Positions 48,147-57,704 of a DNA stretch of 64,000 nucleotides are shown in pieces (the stretch's first letter is position 1; every line of letters begins with the position of its first letter). A program made the translations under genes and the position numbers. The notes beneath the pieces are model-generated. The model was given only the letters and a program-made list of their open reading frames with translations, made no database searches and was not told the DNA's origin. The DNA is from an uncultured Pseudomonadota bacterium (lineage in GTDB: Bacteria; Oederibacteriota; Muellerivitia; Muellerivitales; Muellerivitaceae), in assembly GCA_963836235.1 (NCBI GenBank), contig CAWIIP010000002.1:352001-416000 (forward strand), written 5' to 3'.

Positions 48147-50363
48147 ATGTCCACTGCCACTCAATCCGTCACCGGCACCCATTACGAACAGCTCATGAAG
48201 GGCGTGGATAGCGAGGTCCGTGATAAGGTCGAGGACTTTATCCGCTTCTTCGCCAACGACGCCGACACTTCGGCCGGGGCAGAAAAATCCCGCTCGGATA
48301 AACTGCGCAACGCATACAACGCGCTCGTGGATTACATCGTTTCCAACCTCTTGAATAACCTCAATCCAGAACAATCAACCTTCCTTAGCACCGGAGCCAT
48401 CGGGGACAAGATCACCGTCCAAACCGAGAAAGAGACCAAGGAAATTGAGCTTCTTTCGACCCCTTTTTATGAATCCCTCCTAAAATCATTTTCAAACCGT
48501 AACCCCGAGACGATCCCCGCCCCCGCTTATTGCGTGGTCGACAAGTTCCTTGCCATCGCCCGCAACGAGTTGGTCTCTTTCAAAATGGGCAAGGAGCGCG
48601 AGCGGGACCTGCGCAACGCCTCCGGTTCTGATACTAGCTACGTCAAAAACGAGTGGAAGCGCAAGATGAACCTCTTGCGGAACGAGATCGGGGTATCCGT
48701 CGGACAAATGGATTCCAACTTCTCTAAATTCATCGGCTCTTTCAATGAGGCCTCGGGAAAGAACGCCAAGACCGCCATGGAGATTCTTAAGAAGGTAGCC
48801 AATATTTGGGGCAGGGGCGATGCCGCGACTGACCAGGAATTGGCCTTCCTCAAGACCTTTGAGGGCAAGGTCGGAACCGCTGGCGGGGGCATGGCCAAGT
48901 GGTTGGACGAATTGCAGGCCCAAATGGCGGTCATCTCCGAACACAGTCGGCAGGTCGAGGAGAAATACCAGGTGATCCTCAAGTGCCAGCAGGAAATGGC
49001 CAAGGCTGAAGTGATGATGAAGACCTCCCCCGTGGACGGCCAGAAAATCCGCGACGAGTGGAAGCGGAAGATGGACCAGGTCAAGGGCGAGGTCGTCCTG
49101 TCCATCGGTCAGATCGATGCCAACTCACCTAAGGTCATCGCCGCCTTGAACGCCTCCGCCGGACAAAGCGCCAAAAGCGCCATGGAGACCTTCCGGACCA
49201 TCGCGGTCATCTGGACCAAGGGTGACAGCCTGACTGAACAGGAGAAAACCGCCCTAAGAGTCTCCGAGGGGAAGATCGGGTCAAGCGCCGCGGAACTGAC
49301 GAAAGTGGTCACACCGATCATGCCCCTCATGGCCAAGATCTCCGAGAACGGAAAGCAAGTGGAGGAAAAATACCAGAGCGTGGCCAAGTGCCAACAGGAG
49401 ATCGCCAACGCCGATTCCGGTCTGGCATCGGTGGCCCCCCCCAGCTCCGGGCCCCTTTTCGAACAGGTCGTCATCGAACAGATCCGCGTCGACATTGAGA
49501 CCACCAACAACGTCTGCGTGAAGCCGGCCGACACCTCCCCTATGAGGGTCCCATTTTCCGCGGCTCGTGTCCTACTTAACAAGCAGTTCCCCGATGAGGG
49601 AAGTCCGATGGACAGCCTCTGTACTCCCCCCGCCGTCCTGGCCGCCCTGGAAAAGATCCTGAAGATCCACACCAACCTCTTCAACCGGGACTGGGAGGGA
49701 AAACACATCATCCCCCCCATCCTGATCGAGCCCCTGCGCAATTTCGTTGATTTCTTCGAAGACCGGTTTGTCATGTCCTTCGTTTCCGGCGAAACCGTCC
49801 GTAAGGGCGCCTTCGTGACCTTCAACCCGATGGAGGTACAGGTGTTGCGCCTTTGCGCCCTTTACCTTACCAAGGACCCCATTTATGACTACCGGGGCGA
49901 GGTGAGAACCGGGACCTTTATGGGCGACTACACGGGCAAGATCGAGAAGTCGACCAAAGTCAAATGGACCGGTCAGGACAAGAAGTTCTCCTTGGCGGCC
50001 ACCCAAAGCATGCAGGACGAGGCCAGCCGCGACGACGCGATCGCCGACTACATCGATTTCATAAGCTCCATCGCCAACAACATCGCTCCCTCGCCCAAGC
50101 TCAGCAAGCGCAGGCTGGCGATCCTGTTGCGGTACGTGCTGTTCGACGATGTCGTGAAGAACATCGCGGCCATCCTGAAGCTGGTGACCCAGACCGATCC
50201 GGGCGAGGCCAAGACCGCTATCCTGTCCTTCGCGAAGGATAACGTGGATGTGGCCAAGGACTTGGTCCGAGCCGCCGTCAAATCCGATCCCTTGGCCTCC
50301 AAGATGTTCAGCGACAACCCTGATTTCGCCATCATGAGGGTGTTCGGCGGCGCCGGCCGTTAA
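48147..50363 (+). CDS. Large hypothetical protein with 135-aa tandem duplication
   Basis: RBS-supported start MSTATQSV; two EWKRKM...QVEEKYQ..KCQQE units 405 nt apart. Confidence 0.8.
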   Translation: MSTATQSVTGTHYEQLMKGVDSEVRDKVEDFIRFFANDADTSAGAEKSRSDKLRNAYNALVDYIVSNLLNNLNPEQSTFLSTGAIGDKITVQTEKETKEIELLSTPFYESLLKSFSNRNPETIPAPAYCVVDKFLAIARNELVSFKMGKERERDLRNASGSDTSYVKNEWKRKMNLLRNEIGVSVGQMDSNFSKFIGSFNEASGKNAKTAMEILKKVANIWGRGDAATDQELAFLKTFEGKVGTAGGGMAKWLDELQAQMAVISEHSRQVEEKYQVILKCQQEMAKAEVMMKTSPVDGQKIRDEWKRKMDQVKGEVVLSIGQIDANSPKVIAALNASAGQSAKSAMETFRTIAVIWTKGDSLTEQEKTALRVSEGKIGSSAAELTKVVTPIMPLMAKISENGKQVEEKYQSVAKCQQEIANADSGLASVAPPSSGPLFEQVVIEQIRVDIETTNNVCVKPADTSPMRVPFSAARVLLNKQFPDEGSPMDSLCTPPAVLAALEKILKIHTNLFNRDWEGKHIIPPILIEPLRNFVDFFEDRFVMSFVSGETVRKGAFVTFNPMEVQVLRLCALYLTKDPIYDYRGEVRTGTFMGDYTGKIEKSTKVKWTGQDKKFSLAATQSMQDEASRDDAIADYIDFISSIANNIAPSPKLSKRRLAILLRYVLFDDVVKNIAAILKLVTQTDPGEAKTAILSFAKDNVDVAKDLVRAAVKSDPLASKMFSDNPDFAIMRVFGGAGR

Positions 50364-50384
50364 GGAGAAACTCCAAGCCGCCTC

Positions 50385-50420
50385 AAAGTCCTTCCTGATT
50401 CAGGAGGGGCTTTTTGTTTT
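50385..50420 (+). terminator. Rho-independent terminator
   Basis: AAAGTCCTTCCTG-att-CAGGAGGGGCTTT plus T-tract. Confidence 0.8.
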
Positions 50421-50466
50421 ACGCCCCCGCCGATAAAATTTAATCATCTGTAATTGTGAGGAGCCA

Positions 50467-51015
50467 ATGGATTCCCGACAAGATAGCAATTTAGTCTGGA
50501 TGGATCTGGAAATGTCCGGCCTGGATCCCAAAACTTGCGTTATTCTTGAAATTGCTACTCTCGTCACCGACAAGGATTTAAATCTGTTGGCTCAAGGCCC
50601 AGCTTTGGTTATTCATCAGCCCGATTCCATTTTGGACAACATGGATGATTGGAACAAGAAACATCACCATGAATCCGGACTGACCCAGGCGGTAAAGGCC
50701 TCGAAAATCACCCCGGAGGAGGCTGAAAAGCGGACCCTGGAATTCATTTCTAATTATTGCAAGGAGAAAGGTTCCCCCCTTTGTGGAAACACCATCTATC
50801 AGGATCGCCGCTTTTTAATCGAGTACATGCCTAAGTTGGAAAGTTACCTGCATTACCGCTTGGTCGATGTCAGTACGATCAAGGAACTAGTAAAAAGGTG
50901 GTACGGACCCGAATTCCAATCACCCCAGAAAAAGCAAAAACACAAGGCCCTCGATGATATTTTAGAGACGATTGAAGAATTGAAATTCTACCGGCAAACC
51001 GTTTTCAAACAGTAA
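50467..51015 (+). CDS. orn: Oligoribonuclease
   Basis: LVWMDLEMSGL, PLCGN, QDRRFL, HYRLVDVSTIKEL, HKALDDI. Confidence 0.95.
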   Translation: MDSRQDSNLVWMDLEMSGLDPKTCVILEIATLVTDKDLNLLAQGPALVIHQPDSILDNMDDWNKKHHHESGLTQAVKASKITPEEAEKRTLEFISNYCKEKGSPLCGNTIYQDRRFLIEYMPKLESYLHYRLVDVSTIKELVKRWYGPEFQSPQKKQKHKALDDILETIEELKFYRQTVFKQ

Positions 51016-51348
51016 TCCGTCAAAATTTTGAACGATTTTTTCATCAAATACTCATAAATCTAAAAGTAGCGCTTACCGAAAATCTTTAACTCTGAAAAAC
51101 TCAAAACTCCTTTATTAAATTGAATAATCAAAATGATTTATATTTTTCTTTCACGGTAAACTTTTTATACAAAATGACAATCTTTGACTGCAAATCTAAA
51201 GTCACTTAGATCGATAAAGCGCTTTCGCAGGTAAACATTTTCCGAAAAATGCTTTATATTTGACTATACGCCCACCAACCCATGCTTAATAATAACTAAA
51301 CAATTCATCTCAACGCCAAATCCTATTTTGCAATAATGGGAATCTTCT

Positions 51349-52452
51349 TTGACCTCTAAAAAAATCGGTGCGTCTGAACATACGCATCCCATGGAACAAA
51401 CTCAAAGTGAAGCTTTGCGTATCAAGATGGCAATTTTGAATCAAGGGCTTATGTCTTTATACCATGCGAGCGCCGAACTCCAGTTTTCGAAACCTCTATC
51501 TTCCTTATTAAAATCAATTCTTCGTGGTTTGAAAAGCGGGACCGGCATTAATAAAGCCGTTATTTTTATCAAAGATGAATCCTCATTTAGTTTAAAAGGT
51601 TGCATCGGCCTGGGTGCAAATGATAAAAAAATTCAAGAGATGAACGTACTACTAACGATTGAGGAAGAATCTGATCTCTTAAAAACACGTCGAGCTCCTA
51701 TCCACCTAAGCAGTCCGAACCCTATTCAAGAGAGATTAATCCGTCTTTTTGAAAAGGACCTAGATTTTAAATCCGCGACCATGTTACCCCTGGAAATCCG
51801 AGATCATTTGGTCGGTCTCTTGGTCTATGAGCAATCGCAGGATTTATTGCAGGAAGAAATTCTTATTATTTTTTCAAGGCAGGCGGCCCTAACTATCGAA
51901 AACGCAAAACTTTTCGCAAAAGTGGAAGAAATGGCGCTCCGGGACACACTAACGGGCCTTTACAATAGAAGATACTTTCACCAAATTCTTGATTACGAAC
52001 TCAACCGGGCCAAAAGGTACCATCAACCTCTTTCCTTGATTTTTATCGACTTGGATCATTTTAAGGAAATCAATGACACCTTTGGTCATTCCGTCGGAGA
52101 TCAATTTCTGAAACAAATTTCGCAAAAACTCCAATCGCTTTTCAGAACTACGGATTTGGTAGCGCGTTATGCCGGAGATGAATTTGTCGCGGTTCTTCCA
52201 GCGACAAGCAGCGAAGGCGCGATGATCTTAGCTCATCGCCTCCAAGAAACTTTAGGAAGCTATCAAATTATGGCCCGGGGTAAAACACTTCAGGTCTCAG
52301 TCAGCATCGGTGTAGACACTTATGAAGGTTCGGAGGGAATTGGTGGTGTGACTTTCATTGATCGGGCCGATAAAGCTATGTATGAAGCAAAGGCACATGG
52401 CAGAAATTGTGTTAAAAGCTTTCAAGAACTTCCTAAAGTTTTCGTTAATTAA
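51349..52452 (+). CDS. GAF + GGDEF diguanylate cyclase
   Basis: DTLTGLYNRR, DLDHFKEINDTFGH, RTTD I-site, RYAGDEF. Confidence 0.9.
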   Translation: MTSKKIGASEHTHPMEQTQSEALRIKMAILNQGLMSLYHASAELQFSKPLSSLLKSILRGLKSGTGINKAVIFIKDESSFSLKGCIGLGANDKKIQEMNVLLTIEEESDLLKTRRAPIHLSSPNPIQERLIRLFEKDLDFKSATMLPLEIRDHLVGLLVYEQSQDLLQEEILIIFSRQAALTIENAKLFAKVEEMALRDTLTGLYNRRYFHQILDYELNRAKRYHQPLSLIFIDLDHFKEINDTFGHSVGDQFLKQISQKLQSLFRTTDLVARYAGDEFVAVLPATSSEGAMILAHRLQETLGSYQIMARGKTLQVSVSIGVDTYEGSEGIGGVTFIDRADKAMYEAKAHGRNCVKSFQELPKVFVN

Positions 52453-52483
52453 TTACGATCTTTTCCTTGATCTAAATCATCTT

Positions 52484-54004
52484 TTAACCAATCGCAAAAA
52501 GCTTCTTTTGATTATTGGACGAAGAAGGGTTTTCCTCTAAAACTTTTATCGTTTGCAACCGTCCATCTGATTGGCCATTAATGCGGGCCCCCGAATCCAA
52601 AACGTTCATCAAATAACTATAGATTTCTTGCGTAATCACCTCACCTGGACAGAGAACCGGAATACCGGGTGGGTAGGGACAGACAATTTCCGCGCATGTT
52701 TTGCCCACCGATCTTTTAAACGGAATTTTGCGGGTTAATTTGGTTAAAGCTTCGCGAGGGTTCACTTCTTTACGGGGAATAAAGCTTGGAAAGACGATTC
52801 TTTTACGTTTCTTTTGGTTCATGAACATGTCTTTGTAATCCACCACAATTTTTCTCAAAGCCTTCACAAACTTTTTCAATTCCTTCGACGTGTTTCCAAT
52901 GGAAACAAAAAGGAGGACATTCTGAAAATCAGCCATTTCTGTCTGGATTCCATATTCGGAATTCAAGATTTTAGCCATGTCATATCCTGAGCAAGGCAGG
53001 CCTTTCGTGGAAATAGTCAACTTGGTGACGTCCAAATCCAAATTCGGTATTTTGCGGACTTGCTCTCTTGTCAGGCAGGCCAACCCGTGGATTTTATTAA
53101 CGTCGTTCCTGGTTTCCTCACACATTTCAATCACATCTTCAAGAGCTTTTTCTCCGCCATTGACCATTTGGAAACGCGATAAATCCAAGGAGCCAAGAAT
53201 CACATAAGAGGGGCTGGTTGTCTGGAGCATCTGAAGGGTGGTCTTGAGCCGCAAGATATCAACCCGGACTCCCTTCACGTGAAGCATGGATCCCTGGCTT
53301 AACGCCGCCAAGTGCTTGTGAGTGGACTGAACGCACATATCGGCTCCCGAATCGATCGCCGCTTTAGGAAAAGAGGGATGAAAATGCAAATGCGCCCCAT
53401 GGGCCTCATCCACTAATAGGATTTTGTCATACTGATGGACGATTTCGGCGATAGCTTCTATGTCAGTGGTTAAGCCAAAGTAAGTCGGGTTGGTGACGAG
53501 GACCGCCTTGGCATCCGGATTCTGGCGGCAAGCCTCCTCTACCTGCTCGGGGGTGAGGTTTAAAATCAAATCGGAAGTTTCATCGATTTTCGGCATGATA
53601 TAAACCGGTTCGGCTCCAGCCAGGATAACGGCGGAGATGACCGATTTATGCGCGTTCCGGGGAATGATGATCTTGTCCCCGGGGTCGCAAACGGACAAAA
53701 TCATGGCTTGGTTCCCGCCCGTGGTTCCATTGACGAGAAAAAACGAATAATCCGCCCCATAAGCTTTGGCGGCTAAAATCTGCGCTTCCTTGATGACTGA
53801 ACTGGGTTCGTGAAGGGAATCCACCTCACTCATGACCGAAAGGTCGAGTCGGAATACCTTATCCCCGACAAATTGCCGGAATACCTTTAGTATCCCCTGA
53901 CCATGTTTATGCCCGGGCGTATGGAATGAAATTTTATTTTCGTTGGCGTATTGGACGATCGCGTCAAAAAGAGGGGTTTTATCTTGGCCGTCGTAAAGTG
54001 ACAT
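52484..54004 (-). CDS. PLP-dependent Arg/Lys/Orn decarboxylase (fold type I)
   Basis: FHTPGHK, LVNGTT, RNAHKS, VDEAHG, QSTHK, TTSPSY, PYPPGIP. Confidence 0.92.
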   Translation of the reverse strand: MSLYDGQDKTPLFDAIVQYANENKISFHTPGHKHGQGILKVFRQFVGDKVFRLDLSVMSEVDSLHEPSSVIKEAQILAAKAYGADYSFFLVNGTTGGNQAMILSVCDPGDKIIIPRNAHKSVISAVILAGAEPVYIMPKIDETSDLILNLTPEQVEEACRQNPDAKAVLVTNPTYFGLTTDIEAIAEIVHQYDKILLVDEAHGAHLHFHPSFPKAAIDSGADMCVQSTHKHLAALSQGSMLHVKGVRVDILRLKTTLQMLQTTSPSYVILGSLDLSRFQMVNGGEKALEDVIEMCEETRNDVNKIHGLACLTREQVRKIPNLDLDVTKLTISTKGLPCSGYDMAKILNSEYGIQTEMADFQNVLLFVSIGNTSKELKKFVKALRKIVVDYKDMFMNQKKRKRIVFPSFIPRKEVNPREALTKLTRKIPFKRSVGKTCAEIVCPYPPGIPVLCPGEVITQEIYSYLMNVLDSGARINGQSDGRLQTIKVLEENPSSSNNQKKLFAIG

Positions 54005-54952
54005 TTATTTTGAATTTTTCTCCTCTCCGATTAAGCGGTAGGTCAAAGGCTTATCGTCCCGGATAATATCCTTAATTCTTAAAAAACCATCGCGAATGTA
54101 CTTGGGGACGAAAAAAATACCTTCGTGGGTTTCACCGTCGTAATATTTCAGGGGTCCCACTTTACGTTCCTTCAATATGCGGTTGATGTGGTCCCTTTTG
54201 AGTGTCTTAGGATCTACCGTCTTGGAAGCCATGGTAAAACTCCAGGGAATATCAAAGGACGGGACATTGGCCGGCCAAGAGTAGACCATCGGGAAAACCT
54301 TCTTTAAAGTATTGTGCACCGCCGCCAAACAAAGGAGTTCTTTTTCGGCCGAGCAACCCGATTGTAGGGCAACCATACCGTTATCCGAGAGCTTCTCGGA
54401 TACCATCCTGTAAAATTCCTCCGTATAAAGAAGGTAAGCTGGCCCCGCTTCCACCGGCTCCGGAATATCGATAATAATGACATCGAACTTTTCTTTGCTT
54501 TTTTCCAAAAACTTACGCCCGTCTTTAAACAACAAGGTCGTTCTTTTATCCTTAAAAGCGCCTCGATGCCATTCGGGCATGTATTTATCACAAAGTTCCA
54601 CGACCCTTTTATCGATATCGATCATCCAGGCCTTTTCGACCGTCTTGTGGCGAAGCACCTCATAGAGAGTGGCCCCTTCCCCACCCCCGATGATGACCAC
54701 CTTTTTAGGATTGGGGCAGGTGACCATGGCCGGATGCACTAAATTTTCATGGTAAATGAACTCATCCACCTGGGCCGATTGCATATGGCCGTCCAGGATC
54801 AGGCATTTTCCATAATGGCTGGATTGGATGACTTCGACTTTTTGAAAGGGTGTTTTCTCGGAAGCGTAAATTTTCGAAATGCCGCGCATATGAGCCTCGT
54901 CAGGCGCGTAAAACTCAATATGCCAATGGGGGCTGATCGTTTCGTTCACCAA
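54005..54952 (-). CDS. speE: Polyamine aminopropyltransferase (spermidine synthase)
   Basis: LDG..Q, DEFIYHE, IIGGGEGA, DID, DVIIID. Confidence 0.92.
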   Translation of the reverse strand: MVNETISPHWHIEFYAPDEAHMRGISKIYASEKTPFQKVEVIQSSHYGKCLILDGHMQSAQVDEFIYHENLVHPAMVTCPNPKKVVIIGGGEGATLYEVLRHKTVEKAWMIDIDKRVVELCDKYMPEWHRGAFKDKRTTLLFKDGRKFLEKSKEKFDVIIIDIPEPVEAGPAYLLYTEEFYRMVSEKLSDNGMVALQSGCSAEKELLCLAAVHNTLKKVFPMVYSWPANVPSFDIPWSFTMASKTVDPKTLKRDHINRILKERKVGPLKYYDGETHEGIFFVPKYIRDGFLRIKDIIRDDKPLTYRLIGEEKNSK

Positions 54953-55057
54953 AGAACATCTCCGTTCGGGCTGTTTCTGTTTTTAACAAATTAAAAAAGA
55001 TGAAGGCTTTTTCTGTATCCTATAAGTCAATAGAACGCTCGTTAGGATAAAAAACAC

Positions 55058-55095
55058 AAAAAAAAGCGAGACATTAAACAGGTTAACGGCTCGCT
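55058..55095 (-). terminator. Intrinsic terminator within the speE 5' leader
   Basis: Minus strand AGCGAGcCGUUAA-ccugu-UUAAUGuCUCGCU followed by a U-run. Confidence 0.7.
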
Positions 55096-55207
55096 ACGGT
55101 CGTGGTTAAAGGTATAAGGACCCGTTTCTTTTGTGGGAGTCGGTTGAAACCACACTTGTCTTTCTTCAAAATGATCAAACACGAACGATTTGTTATGAAC
55201 TTTCTCA

Positions 55208-55235
55208 AGTATAAAACGATACATTATACTGTCAA
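55208..55235 (-). promoter_or_regulatory. Sigma-70 promoter of the speE operon
   Basis: TTGACA-N16-TATACT on the minus strand. Confidence 0.7.
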
Positions 55236-55335
55236 TAAAAAAATAGATTTTGATCGCCGTTTTTGAAAATAATTTCAAATTTTTTTTACAAACATTAACA
55301 ACGATGAAATGATTTCGAAAAAAGGATTCTCATAA

Positions 55336-57683
55336 TTGATTCCGCCTCGTGTCACATTCAAATTTTGGGACAACTTAATTATTTTTCCTATTTTTTTTAC
55401 ACCCTTGCTTTTCTTCGTTCATAGCCATGATCAATTCGAACTGCCTAAATTGACCTTTTTGATGGTTCTCATGGTCCCAGGGGCCCTTTTAGCCTTTAAA
55501 AACAAGGTATTTTCACCTCCCACGCCCCTCACCCTTTCCCTTTACCTATTGGCTTTCGTCCAAATCCTTTCTTCCCTTCCCGAAACAAGCTTGAGTTGGA
55601 GCACGAGCTTATTAGGCGACTACGAGAATTTTTCCGGATTAACAACTTTATTTACTTATTTCCTGCTGTTTCAAATTCTCAGTCTTTATTTAACCGAAGA
55701 AAAAATAGGAAAAATATTTTATTTCAACTCCCTGGCCGCCCTCTTATCCTCGTTTTATGCCATTGGCCAGCATTTCGGTTTCGATTTTATCCAATGGAAC
55801 CCGGAAACCGTGATTTCCGCCCGGGAATTCGCGGCTTTGGGAAATCCGAATTTTCTTTCCGCCTACCTGGCCATGTCGATACCCCTTTTTCTCTCCCAAT
55901 CCCTCAAGATCCCGGCGGAAGGCGCCAAATCCTCAACACCACCGGGACTGTTATTTTGGTTTTTAGCCCCTTTAGGCGGATTATTTCTTCTTTTGGGAAC
56001 CAGTCAGGGTTTAACTCTCTTTCAGATGGGTCCTTCGGCTTCCTTAGAACTCATTTTCCGGATCGTGGGCTTGGTTTTATTTTCGATCACTAGCGTTCGC
56101 TTGATCTTATTCCGCCATTGGATGATAGCCCTTTCGGTCTTGGCCATCCTGGGACTCGGACTTTTCAGCACGGGAAGCCGGGGTGGATTTTTAGGGGCCT
56201 TTTTTGGAATCGGTGTTTGGTTATGGTTGATTTTAAGAAAAAATAAATTTTCAAATCCTCTTCGTCAAAGACTTTCACTCCTTCCAAAGGAAGGAATCGC
56301 CTTCGCCTCGCTTTTAACCCTGGCCTTGCTTTTTTTCATCGGCCACGGTTTTTTAACCCGGCTCGCCGATTCCGTCATTCACATGGGCCAAAGCCTGGCG
56401 GTTTCCCGCTTGCATATTTGGCGCCCCGCTTGGCGGATTGTGGAAGCGAATCCCCTTCTAGGGGTTGGATTGGACAATTTCAAGATCGCCTTTCCTTATT
56501 ACAGCGGAATCGAATTCAACGAAATTGACGGCATGTTCATGAGCTCCCGAATGGCGCACAATGAGTTATTACAAATGGCATCCACCACCGGTTTCTTGGG
56601 CTTCTTCGCCTATCTGGGCCTTCTGGCCGCCTTCGGATTTCAATGGTGGAAAACCTATCGTTCCTCCAACTCTTCGGTCCAATGGTGCTTGATCGCCGTA
56701 CTGGCCTGCGCCGTCGCCTATCACGTTCAAAATTTCTTCAGCTTTGGGGTCGCCTCGATCAACCTGATTTGGTTTCTACTCTTGGCGATAGTGCAAAATC
56801 AATACCGCAAAACTTCCCCCCCCCTGTCGCCCAAGGCCCCGGTTGGTATCTTTACGCCGCCTGTAAAAAGGCGGGCCTCGCTCTTTTTATATTGCTCGCT
56901 CTCTTTTTCCCCCTGAGCCGTCTGGGCGCCGATTTGGCTTTCGGCCAAGGCAACGCCGCGTCCCAAATCTTGAAGAACCCCGATCCTCAAATGTCGAATT
57001 CGGATTTGGTTTCTTACTCGGATTATGAAATAGACCATTTAAGAAAAGCCGTTTCGCTTTGCCCCCTGGAGGTCAAATACCGGCTTTACCTGGGGTTGGC
57101 TTATGAGCAAAGGGCGCAGCTCGACGGGGAAAAATCGCGTGATTGGGACTTAACGGCCCTTCAGTGTTATCAAAAAGCCATCGATATGAGCCCCGCCAAC
57201 GCCTATTACTACAACAACGAAGGCCGGGTCGAGGACATCTTAAGCTCTTCGGACCCTTCCTATCTTTCCCAAGCGGAACAAGCCTATCAAAAAGCGGTCC
57301 ATTGGGACCCCTCCAGCCCCTATTTCATCGTCAATTGGGCCACCGATTTGGATAAGTTGGGAAAAGGAAAAGAAGCCGAAGCGGAGCTTCAACAGGCCTT
57401 TCAGTTGGATCCCGTCTTCACCTCGAAGATTCTTTCCCAAATGGCTTTTGAAAAATACCGGTCAGGCGAAAAGCAAAAAGCTTTTCAATTTTTGGACGAG
57501 GCAGTCAAGGGTAACACTTCCAGCGCCGAAGCCTATTACTGCCGGGGCATTCTCGATTTGTCGGAAAAAAGGAAAAAACAAGCCCTTGAGGATTTCGAAA
57601 GGGTGAAAAGCCTCCATCCGACCGCAGAAAAAAATCCTTCCATCCAGTCCCTCGATCAATTCATTGATCAGGCCAAAGAATAG
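55336..57683 (+). CDS. O-antigen ligase-like membrane protein with C-terminal TPRs, frameshift near 56820
   Basis: DQFELPK, LGNPNFL, TGSRGG, SRLHIW, GVG, AHNELLQ; TPR half in 56643 ORF; C-run at the junction. Confidence 0.8.
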
Positions 57684-57704
57684 CCGGCTTTTTTCAACCT
57701 CCGG

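Noticed and set aside
55042-55278. 78-aa ORF as a SpeFL-like leader peptide (HNKSFVFDHF resemblance)
   Set aside because: Its start codons lie within or upstream of the predicted promoter and it lacks the HIRRxxH sensor; only the shorter GTG uORF remains possible
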